DNA from: Botryllus schlosseri | Lineage: Eukaryota | Assembly (NCBI GenBank): GCA_051294905.1 | Contig: CM119381.1 | Coordinates: forward strand, 21,700,001-21,764,000 | Direction of reading: 5' to 3' | DNA: 64,000 nt | Shown here: piece by piece, positions 38,971 to 50,325 of the stretch | How the letters are laid out: the number at the start of each line of letters is the position of its first letter | Numbering within the stretch: the first letter of the stretch is position 1 | The notes under the pieces: generated by a model | What the model was told of the DNA's origin: nothing | What the model saw: the letters and a program-made list of their open reading frames with translations, nothing else | Database searches by the model: none | Translations under genes and position numbers: made by a program

Positions 38971-40772
38971 TACTTCCTAACATGCAGCAAGCTGTGGCCT
39001 GGTGACATAAATTATATCGTTTCCAGGAATATTCATAGCTTTGCGCAAAATATTTTGTATGCTCTGAATGATATGACCCGGTTTCAACGATAGTCGATAG
39101 AACGCTCGCACGGGACCAATCGCGAAATATCAAACATACAGATCTTCTGCTTTTTTTCTCAGTGGTATCCTTTGGCACAGAGACCACATGAATTAATAAT
39201 GTTCATACGGGATCTATTCTGGCAACATATTCATTCACAAACAATCGAACTGATAAGATATTATTGGTTCATTAAATTCAGTGGAGTAGGCTAAATATGG
39301 ACTGCACAACTATAAATAACTAAACCGATTTAACTCACGTGTATTTTCGTGAATGTAAAGCAATCGGCACATTTACTTTAGGAACCTCTGCTCTATGAGT
39401 GATTTGCTCTTTTTGTAAGACGGTGTGAAGTGTATATTTCTGATAGGTGACAACTTTCTTACTAATGACGCGAAGACGCAGGATTGCTGATGGGTGTTCC
39501 CCGTTGAAACGGCATACGAACATGTTCTTTTTCTGTATCATAGTGGGTTAGAGTGACTATTCGCTTAATCGCTTTGGCGTAATTCATGTTTAGCAAACCC
39601 GAACTTTTGATGAAAAAAGGTGCGGGATCATTTTTTCATAGCTTGGGTTGATTGCAAGTCCTACTTCTGACAGGCCTATTCTCAGTGATATGCTTGGATC
39701 CATTCCCTGAAAAATGTAGGGCCTACTATATATGCAGCGCATAACTAATAAAATGTCATTTCAAAACCGCATCAAAGTCGTACGTTTGACATACCTGATC
39801 TCAGTAATCTGCAATATCTGAGCTGTACTTGGATGCATTCCATAATAAATGTATTATATATGCATCGTATAACTAATAGAATGCAAATTCGAGTCACCTT
39901 AACCTCTCTGAAACTAAATATTCACTGTTCATACCTTATAACGTGAAGGGTGCAAGTTCCGCGAAGTGAGCAAGATGACGCGCCTATAAACATGTATTCG
40001 TGGTTCGCTTGCTGCGTAATGTATATTGATCTACAACTGATTTCGCAAGCGTCGACGTTGTCGAATCTTTCGCTTGATTGAATTAGTATGTAGATTTTAT
40101 ACATTCATAGATCCGTTAATGTCGAATTAACTCAGGTGGGATAGTGGATTAAGGACACATTATATTACGCGCGCTCAATATTTAGGTATCCTGCTACAAT
40201 TTCACATAATCCCCTCCTGTGACAGTATAACAAATCCTGGGTGGAATCCAGGGATCAAATAGCGCAATGCGGCGTTTGCGGATATTAATACTATCTACTA
40301 CACGGATTGCAAGGACAAAGCTCTGTGTTACTAGAAAAAACTAAAGAACGCGGATAGTGCGTTAAAACATAGTAATCTTCAGTAGCAGCAATCATAAAAT
40401 TTACATTTCTAATATACAGCAGCAGTCTTTCTAAACAAGGTCAATACCTATACTATACTCCGTACCCTGTTTTCAAACGAGGCTCAATCAACTGACGAAC
40501 ATGACATTCCGAGAAAGCTCCGTAAACGATAAATAAAAACCAAACTACGTTCTTCAGTAGACGCGCTCAAAGCTCGAAGATCAATCGCCTAATTTGCAGT
40601 CTCGTGGAATGTAAAATCAATTAGTATTGTGAACTTAAAAAATTATCATACTGTAGGAGTCATGTGAATTTCTGTTTACCTAACAAGTTACCGATCCCGT
40701 GACAGATTCGAAATGAATGAAAAGGCAATCTACACAGCAGTTATCCTTGAAGCGATTCTGATTATATGGATT

Positions 40773-42336
40773 CATTTCGATATTGTCACCGTTTGCCACT
40801 CTGCTTGAGAAAATATTATTTGAGAGACTTAACAGTTATCTCAATAAAATGAATCTCTTAAACTCAAATCAATATGGTTTTAGAAATAACCGCACAACCT
40901 CTCAAGCTATATTACATGTTACCTCAAGGATATATGAGCTCATTGACTCTAAAAATGTTGCCACTGGTGTGTTTTTAGATCTGAAAAAGGCATTCGACTG
41001 TGTCAATCATTCCAAACTAGTTGATAAACTTAAATTCTATGGTATACGTGGACTTGCAAAAATGTATTTCGAATCTTACTTAAATAATAGGAAACAATTT
41101 GTTCATATTGGAACAACGCGTTCACAATTACTACCCATACAGACTGGTGTACCTCAGGGATCAGTTCTCGGGCCCCTGCTGTTCATAATTTACATCAATG
41201 ATATTGGTCATTTATTTGACAATGACATCACACTGTTTGCTGATGACACCAGCCTAGTTATACCCGGTAAAAATTTATCTGATGCATTTGACAACATTAA
41301 CACTAAGCTATCGACAGTGTCAAAATGGATGGCATCTAACCAACTTCAGCTCAATGCCTCCAAAACCAAAACCCTCGTGTTTCATACACAAGTCAATCGC
41401 AGTGGAATTATAGTAAATAACGCACATCTTGATACACATAAAACTGTTAGATATCTTGGCATTATCATTGATGATAAACTTGGATGGTCTGATCATATCA
41501 ACAATATAAAAACTAAAATCTCGCGTGGCGTCGGGGCTCTCTATCGCCTTAAAAATTTAATTCCTCATCAAACTCTCAGATCAGTCTACTATGCCTTAAT
41601 TCACTGCTATCTTATTTATGGGATCCTAGTTTGGGGACCTGCTGCGAAAAAACATCTGCAGAAATTGCAAGTCTTGCAAAACCGAGCCATACGAATTCTC
41701 TGTCGGAAATCTAGATATGAGAATTGTAATAGCATGTATCGTAGCGTTGGAATATTGAAAGTGGAAGACGTTTTCAAATTTGAGGTAATGAAATTCATGC
41801 ATAGTTATCATCAGGGTGAACTGCCACTATATTTTGATAATCTGTTCAAAATACCTTCAGATACCCACCAACATCATACCAGATTTTCTTCTAACTTGTC
41901 TCTGTCTGTGCAACACCACTCTACCAGTCTAGTACAAAATTCAATCAGTTTTATTGGTGTCAATGTTTGGAATAAGCTGCCACCTAATCTCCGCAATTTA
42001 GACTCTTGTGCTTTTAAAAAACAATTATTTCATTCTCTTATCTCTAACTACCGCTAAATTGTATTTGTGTTGTATTACAAATTGGTCCGTGATACTGTGT
42101 CTTATTTTTCCTATCGTTCGTTGGATTATTTTAATTTTATTTTATTTTATTTTATATTTTTTCATTAGTTATCGACTGTGAAAATTGCTCCTGTCCCGGG
42201 TGGCTCGGCTCTGAAGACTATGTCATATCGAGCCTCCCGTCTACCTTGCATGTCGCATTTCACAGTTACATTTTTGTAGTGTTATGTTGATATGTAATGT
42301 ATACGAATAAAGATTCTCTCTCTCTCTCTCTCTCTC
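40773..42336 (+). mobile_element. 5'-truncated non-LTR retrotransposon (L2/CR1 group) with an uninterrupted RT ORF at 40783-42057
   Basis: Motifs QYGFR, FLDLKKAFD, GVPQGSVLGPLLF, LFADD, YLGIIID; 3' UTR hairpin GGCTCG...CGAGCC; AATAAA at 42306; (TC)n tail at 42315-42336. Confidence 0.92.
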
Positions 42337-43439
42337 AAGAAGAATTAGAATATAGATTTCATGTTTCATCAAAAGTATGGAAGTTTATTGAAATATAGGC
42401 TACAGGAATGCTACAGACCTTGCATTTGTACGACAAAAAGAATAGATCACATTTCAACTTAACTGCTCCTTTTATTTCTATTACCGTCCAGACATCGCTC
42501 TGTAAATTGATTGTCATGATCGGCTCAGGCTGAAATACATCCACAATCGCTACAAGTACTACGAGAGACGGTGTAAGTAGCTAAACTACGCAAGTTAGAT
42601 CCTGCGTCGAAGACGACCAGTTCAAGTAACGAGCACGATAAGAATACAACGCCACCAGCATGCATTGAATAAACGTGAGCGGGCGTCGCATCGTAAAATT
42701 CTATTTCTGCACTTCGTCAAGAAAAAGACAGGATCGATAAGAGTGCTTCATTACAGCAGCGTTAGACTCGATTCGCTGATGCTCGAAATACTCATTGAAT
42801 TGCGGCTACGTACGGCGCATGCTGCGGCAACGGCAAGCCCGAGGCACAATCAAACTGTGTTGAGTGAAACACGACCATTCTGGAATGATAAGCAAATGGT
42901 CGGGTCGGGTCTCTCGTATAGTATTCGACTGCTTTCCAAGTGTTCTATTTCGCATTGATCACCGCTATGACGTTTTATAAACTCGAGAATAGCACGTCCA
43001 CGTCCGCGAATTCGTATCGCCAACATGCGTCACCGTGATTTCAAGGTTGTAATATTGGAGAAATCAAATCAAAATGTTCTTAAGCATTTGACATTAATTT
43101 TAAGTTTATAGCGAAGCGAATAGTAGCCTATTTAGTAATCCATTCTCATCTTCAGCGTGACTGGACTGGTATAAAGGATTACATCAACGTATAGGCCTAA
43201 TATATAACATACGCGTGTTCGTCGACTAACACGGAGACTCTTGGCCACGTCAGGAATAATGGCAATGAAAGAATGACCATCTCGAAATGGGAGAATGAGT
43301 CGAAGTTTGATGTTGCTTCCTTACACCCGCTCTCGAAAAGACAATGCTGAAATGATAATTGCCCGATTAACTGCCGAAATCATATCACCCCTCGACCAAA
43401 CCTACTTATACTAAAGTATGCTACGTAGGCCTTGATCTT

Positions 43440-43580
43440 CAGGGCTGTGGAGTTGGTAAATTTAACCACCGACTCCAACTCTGACTCCGACTCCATAGAC
43501 ATTTTCAATACCGACTCCAACCCCGACAATTTTCCACACAGAACTCCGACTACGACTCCAACTCCAACTCCAACAGTACT
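43440..43580. mobile_element. Short MITE built of GACTCC/AACTCC repeats
   Basis: CAGGGCTGTGGAGTTGG...CCAACTCCAACAGTACT imperfect termini. Confidence 0.55.
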
Positions 43581-45689
43581 ACAAATTTACTTCGAAAATT
43601 ATATGTCACAGTGATGATTTAATGACTTTCATATTTAACCATTAAACATATGCAAACATATTATTAACGATGGCATGCAAAATTGCTTCATTGTGGCACA
43701 GTTCGAAATACTCAGTACAATTAACACGGAAGTATATTTCGAAATATCCTTTCTTTTTCATATCTTATAAGTTTTTATAACATAGAAAAGCCACGGATAT
43801 TCTAATATGTATGAATCATTCAAACATGATATATATCCCATTCGTAATAATTAATATTGTGCATAAAAACAATAGAAGAGTAGCTCTTGTGCATGAGTCA
43901 GCAATAGTGCGGAGATGTACAAAGTTCTCACTATACACTATGGCAAGCACAAACACTGTCTCACTGTCTCTCATTACTAATAAACGTTGGTCAGAAACGA
44001 AATTTAGAGAGTAGGCCTAATCAAATAATACATGTCTACCTACACTACATGCATGCACTTCGTCAAGTATTCATGGACTAGGGCGATACTTGCACACTTT
44101 CTTCAAAATTTGCTCGACCCAAGCAGCTGAGCTACTTATACTAGAAATATTTTTGATTTTGTCAGGTAGGAATCGGACCAATCGGTGTTTGGTTATATTT
44201 GCGTCGATTTTACACGTGATATTCTCACTTATAGGGATATCTAGTTCAAGATATCCCTGCACTTATAAAACCAAACGATTTATGTAGCCTACTCTTTCGC
44301 AGTATCATGACATAATTCCAAAATTTATTTTCGTTCTGAAGAAGTGGGCGGGGCTCATTGGGACAATTTGACTGGGGCACAGTGGTACATTGATATCCAA
44401 AGGTAGATTTTGCAAAATATAAAAAATCAACAGAGGAGTAGCCTACGCATAAGCAACATTTTAACCAACACTACCTCAAAAAAAATCCCTTGAAGTGTCA
44501 CGCAATAATCGGAGGACATTAAGGTTGCTTTACAACCCCTTACCATCTGTGATTGTGATTAACGTAACAGCTATATGTGTGCCCTCGACGCTCCGGTCAC
44601 GCGAGCGACAGAACGGGCTCGAATGCGAGAAGACTGGTTGTGCGGTTTTACTGGAATGTTTTTAAAATACATTATTGAACTATATTACAAGCTATCGCGG
44701 CACATTGTCGAATATGAAGTTAACTGATATTGTGAGGAGTTATGTAGACTATCCAACATCTGGTGATTTTGCAAAGTGGGTTGAGAAATTGGGGCTGGTC
44801 GCCGAGCTGCAATAAAACTGACGGACACACTGCCAACTATTTTCCCATTGCTGTTCTCTGCATTTGCAGTGTTCAAGCAGTTGCCAGAAGGGGACAGGAA
44901 GGATTAGCCTGCAAGAAGTCGAAACAAGCTACTTTGAATGCGTTTGGAGTAAATTGCTATGACGCGTATATCGAATTCCAGCGAAGAATACTGCTGGATG
45001 AGGAACCTGTCGATGTGTATCTTTTCGATCGAAAAAGGCTTGCGCTATTGATTGGGATGAGAGTGGATGCATCCGAGGCGTTAATTCGGTGCGCGCTTGT
45101 AAATGGTCTCCCCTCAGAGGTGTCATGTCAGTTAAAGTCTTTAGCAGAAGTGCACAAAATGAATTTGAGTGATCTCGTCGCGCGGGCACGAGTAATAATG
45201 TCAGCCAGGAGCAGCTTCAATGTATCGTGCGCGGTCAGCTCGCGTCAGCGGTTTTTTCAGCAGTTTTTTCAGCGGGAAGCGTGGCCCCTGTGCTAACGAA
45301 TGTCCCGTTAAAGAACCAAGAAATGAAGGTAACAAAACGGCCAGGAGACATCCAAGATGTTTTTCCTGTGATAAGCTTGGTCATATAGGTCGACAATGCA
45401 GAGCCGATGAACGTCACAAGATTGCAGCAGGAAAATTGCCAAGGAGAACCGTCAGCACCGGACGCGTTCACCCGTATTCACAAGTAGCAAAAAGGAGCTA
45501 CCGTTTGTTGTGGTTTCAATTGGTGGAAAACCTCTCAATGCTCTGGTGGACACTGGGTGCCAGCAATCTGTTGTTCTTGAAGACGTGTGTCGTCGTCGTA
45601 TGGGAAAGGACGTAGTTTATTTTTTGTCCTTGATGTTTTTGCGGCATATACACCGACTCATGATAGGCCTACATATACACACGATCTGC

Positions 45690-45932
45690 GCATATAGCCT
45701 ACATACCATGAGTGCATGAGGTGCATATGCCGCTGGAAAGGAAGTGCAGATATAGCCTTTACGGCTTTCTCAGTCATGCACCACCCCTCCAAGCTATCCC
45801 AGTAATGCATTAGCGCCAAGCAGGGAAGTCATGGATACCAGTGTTACTAATCAGGTCTTTGGTCTGACCCGGCCGGGGATCGAACCCACGACCTACTGAT
45901 CAAGAAGCGGGACGCTTCACCATTACGCTATC
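45690..45932 (-). mobile_element. tRNA-derived SINE inserted in the Gypsy element
   Basis: Minus strand: A-box TAGCGTAATGG, B-box GGTTCGATCCC, then GGGTCAGACCAAAGAC...TTCCCTGCTTGGCGCT, recalled as similar to a widespread metazoan SINE core. 3' boundary is approximate. Confidence 0.75.
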
Positions 45933-46345
45933 TTGTCAGCTTGGGACATACCTAGGCTTACCATATTTTGGAAATCTAAAAAGAGGACACTTGTTCAGAA
46001 ATTTGAGACTTGCAAAACCGGAGAAGATTTCTCAAATACCGGTGAATTTTTCCCACTTTGTTATCGCTTGACTAAAAAAAAAGGTCATCTTTTCCGCTCA
46101 GAGCTCAAAATACCGTTTTTCTTTCCGCATTGTTACATGGATGACTAAAAAAAAAGGTCATTTTTCCGCCCAGAGCTAAAGTCACCGTTTTTCGCTCCGA
46201 AATACCCGCCGGAGCATCACTTCTGTGCTAGTTTACCTTACGGCCTTAAAAAGCGGGACGTTTGGCTGACTGGTCGGGATGCCGGGACAAGACGTTAAAA
46301 AGCGGGACTATCCCGCCTAAAACGGGACGTATGGTAAGCCTAGAC

Positions 46346-47787
46346 CAGGGGTTCTCAAAGGGTGGGCCATGGCCCACTGGTGGGCCACAGGAGCATTTGA
46401 GGTGGGCCACAGAGCTATTTGTAATATTGTAGAACTAGTGAAAATTTGAGTGTATTTGTTATGTTATTCGCTCAAAAATATATTCATATATTAGCAAATT
46501 ATACGTAGGCTACCTTACGTTTTTCATCCGACGCTGATGGGACGTAATGGCACGTATAGAGTCACAATCTACAAGTCGAAAATGGCAGGGGAAACGGAGG
46601 CTTTTATCCCCCGGCTACGACAACCTACGGCTAACGGCAATGAAAATAATTTCGATTATATATTAACTTGAAGTTAGTGCTGAAGTGATCAGGTATTCCA
46701 GCAGAGCCGTATGCCGTTGAAAAAAAGGTGTGCATTAAACTCGTACAGAAGTGTAGTTGATGTAGATTTACGGTACCTTGGCAGGTCGTATTATTGTAAT
46801 ATAAAAATAGCAATAATCGCAATTTATTATCAATTCAACTTCCTATCGAATTATACGGCGCCACCGCAACGAATCGTAATGTATTGAGTATTTAGAGCAG
46901 TACGAGCATTAATGTTTGAAGTCGGTTTAAAATTTCCGGCCTTGAAATCATTGTACATAATGTAGCCTAAGAGTCACATGAAATGATTGTACCATTGGAT
47001 TGAATGTTCTGACATCGCAACTCAAGTAGATGCAGGACATACTATATGTACATTGTACACCTTGAACATTGAAATATTCTTTCTCCACATCTAAGCAGTA
47101 TCCCTTTCACCAAATAATTGTTTCAAGCTGGTCCAGCCCCAATCCGCACCACAGTGGAAGTAAAACCGCAATCACACAGTGGATGCGGGGATTAGATTAT
47201 TAGGTTTCGCGACGTGAGTGGAACAGCGGCCATATTAATGTAGGCTACACAAGAGTTATACGATCTACCAGGACCGTAACTGCCGCCACATCTATGCAGT
47301 ATCCCTTTCACCAAATAATTGTTTCAAGCTGGTCCAGCCCCAATCCGCACCACAGTGGAAGTAAAACCGCAATCACACAGTGGATGCGGGGATTAGATTA
47401 TTAGGTTTCGCGACGTGAGTGGAACAGCGGCCATATTAATGTAGGCTACACAAGAGTTATACGATCTACCAGGACCGTAACTGCCGCGCCTAAAACCCCA
47501 ATTAGGTGGAGCTCAAAGGGGCCCAATGTTCCTTGGTCGTTTGTTTGTTGGAGGAGATTTATTCAACTTGAAAATTTCGTCGTGCTTCGCGCGATTTCAT
47601 TACTTTGAAGGTCTACATTCGTGATGATCAGTAAGAGAAAAATGCGCATAATTTAGAGAAATAAGCATATCGGCGCCAGCGATGACCACGCCTTGGACGG
47701 GACTATGACTTTAGGATAAGAGGTGGGCCACAGAACATTTTTAAACCGGAAAATGGGCCACGGGCAAAGAACGGCTGAGAACCCCTG
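46346..47787. mobile_element. Non-autonomous hAT element (GGTGGGCCAC subterminal repeats)
   Basis: TIRs CAGGGGTTCTCA / TGAGAACCCCTG; exact 8-bp TSD gcctagac. Confidence 0.9.
47085..47486. repeat. 201-bp tandem duplication (2 copies)
   Basis: 47085-47285 and 47286-47486 differ at about one position by eye. Confidence 0.9.
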
Positions 47788-47845
47788 GCCTAGACATACC
47801 GTTTCGGGTCCGAGAAGGATTGTGGAGATGCTGAATGGGTAAAGC

Positions 47846-50325
47846 CAGTGGTTCTCAACCGGTGTGCCGCGGCACACTAGTGTGCCAATTGGACTGCTCA
47901 AGTGTGCCGCGAGCAAATTGGTAAACTTAGGTCGAAGTATAACAAAAATCCAAGTTTTGAGTGTGTCATTGTTGGTTCTTGTATTGAATTTACCCTAATA
48001 AGACACGCGAAGTACACTCCGATGCAGTGAACAGATACAAGGATGTCGGGACGACCATAGTTACATTATCTCAATCTAGTACAGGGGCCGGCAACCTTTC
48101 GTATGCAGCGTGCCAAAATATCAAAAATTGCGTGCCAACCATTTTTAATTTTGTCATATATTTGGCGTTTCAAGCAAGGAATGACACCAACCACCTATCT
48201 GTTGCTGGCATCGGTTACGTCAGTGATTCTTGTAGTAGGTCTATTGGTCGCGAAGGGTATAAATTTTGGTCGCTACCGACCTAGACCAACCGCCTAATGT
48301 ACGCAATGTGTGAATCATTTAAATTTAGTCGCGTAATGATCGATCTTCTGCGGTTGTCTTGATATTTTCCAAGTAGGCCTATACTCTGTTCGGTACCATA
48401 GCCAATAAGGGACAGACCCATCAAAGACTATATGATGAGATGGCCTGATGGCCTCTGCGAATCATTTTGGGAACGCACACAGCGCATGGAGTCGCACGTT
48501 GCCGAACGTGTGTCTCATATCGTGAAAATGCCCTTGGCCAAAATGCTGATTCCTACAAAAAATATTCGCTATCCCACAGGCTGCACAGTTCACATGCACA
48601 CTCCTAGACTAAAGCACCCGAACGGTTGAATACGATATTATGTTGCCGTATACCGGTATATATTTTTGTGTGTTTCCCAAAATCAAGAAATTAGGTCACG
48701 GTAAATCGCGCGGAGCGTAAACAAAAATGTCTTGGATAACTAAAACCTGCGCCAAAAGTCTGTGTTATGTTGATTTATCAAATTATTTTAGCTTTTTCCA
48801 TTTTGACAATTGATATGACATGTTTTGCAACAAACATGGTTATAATATGTCGTGTTCGTCACATCATTTGGCGTGCCATGAAATATCATCTCGCGTGCCA
48901 CAAATAGCACGTGTGCCGGGGTTTGCCGACCCCTGATCTAGTATCTCAATCTGGCATCCCAATTAGGTCATGGATTGGGTCTTTCTCCGGCTTTTTATTG
49001 TGAAGACGCTCTAAGCACTGCGACGTATAGGGTCGAAGAATCTCATAAATCTGCGGCGCTCCGTAATTTGCTACTGCACTGCCATGAATCAAACTTGGGC
49101 CTCCGCTGTCAATGGGTGTGATACGCTAGTTTGCCCACATATACTAGCATTTAGAGCGGTGATAACTTAACTCGGGCAACTGGACCGTGATGTTGAGGTG
49201 TGGTCGACGGTGTTCACCTTTAACTTGTCACCCCATCAGAACCGGAGGCAGAACAGGGACATGACGCAGATTGATGACCTTTTTCTGTTTCTATTTGTAG
49301 CGGTATTCTTGCCATGTCTTCGTCATCGATGATCATTTTACATCATACCGATATTACTTATTTTGATTCCTGAGATGCCAACTTATAGCACGGCCCACTT
49401 TTTGTAAGACACTGCTTTTGCAGATCGGAGGACGAGTAGGAGACTACATAAACCTCCAACACCTAGGAAGGCATTCCCACCATCGAGAAATGAACTCATA
49501 TGGAAGTGATGTTCTCGTTTACAAATTAGAGTTGCCAACATAGCCATTCACATTGCGATTGTTAGGTAGCGACCCATCACTGCAGGTAAAATGTAGGCTC
49601 AGGGCGCAACGTAATGTTGCAGGCGACAAATTTGAGAATTGTAACTAAAGTTGATCAAGTTACATCAGTTAACAAATTTCCCCGCCGCTGAGCTTCATTA
49701 TGCCGGTTTGTTGTAACTACAATTGAACAACGGCTGACTGCCAGTGACACTATTGAGGTATTGCTATCCTCACAGGTGCTATTACACGATCGGCATTGGA
49801 ATGCGTTTGGCATTCATGTAGGCCTATATACAATATACATACATACATACACCTCTACGCCTCTGTATTTCTTAGTGGCGATTGGACTCTTCGTGCGATG
49901 GTTAATTGCATCGACAATGAGGTAGTAGACAGACTTTATTGTCAAGCCAATCTTATGAAATTAAGCAGAGAAAGTTCTTATTCCGGCCTGCAATAAAATT
50001 GTAAAAAATGTTTTGGAACAATTGAAAACGATTCCCATGTCAAATGATACCATTCGTACACGTATTTGTGACATGTCCGCAGAGACAAAAGAACACTTAA
50101 TTTCTTCTATGAAGCAGAGAAAAGCCTACTTGAGTGCTCCAAAAAGGTAGAACTAGCCTACTTCGTCAGTGACCACCTCTGTAAGACTGTGGTCGCTGCC
50201 ATAGGGATTCTGGTAGTTTTCCTTTGCCGTAAGCCAGAAGAGTTCAGAACTACTGTGCTAGTGTGCCGCGAACTACTTTTCATTCTCAAAGTGTGCCGCG
50301 AGGTCAAAAAGGTTGAGAACCACTG
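47846..50325 (+). mobile_element. Internally deleted hAT (Buster/Charlie) element with a transposase remnant
   Basis: TIRs CAGTGGTTCTCAACC / GGTTGAGAACCACTG; exact TSD ggtaaagc; 49965-50120 translates to AEKVLIPACNKIVKNVLEQLKTIPMSNDTIRTRICDMS, a Buster-type segment. Confidence 0.9.
48082..48935. mobile_element. hAT MITE nested in 47846-50325
   Basis: TIRs CAGGGGCCGGCAA / TTGCCGACCCCTG; exact TSD atctagta. Confidence 0.9.

Larger units (their letters stand above)
45953..47792. mobile_element. TAGGCTTACC-type hAT MITE (its right TIR is hit by a second hAT)
   Basis: TIRs TAGGCTTACCATA / TATGGTAAGCCTA; exact 8-bp TSD gacatacc (45945-45952 and 47793-47800). Confidence 0.85.

Noticed and set aside
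42200-42240. CTGAAGA within a hairpin, as a possible hammerhead
   Set aside because: No GAAA box; it is the LINE 3' UTR stem-loop.
45860-45932. tRNA gene
   Set aside because: A and B boxes are present, but there is no closing acceptor stem and it continues into a SINE body.
45953-47792. TAGGC...GCCTA MITE as the source of TAGGCTA footprints
   Set aside because: It has an exact 8-bp TSD outside the TA, so it is hAT-like and would not leave a TA+3 nt scar.
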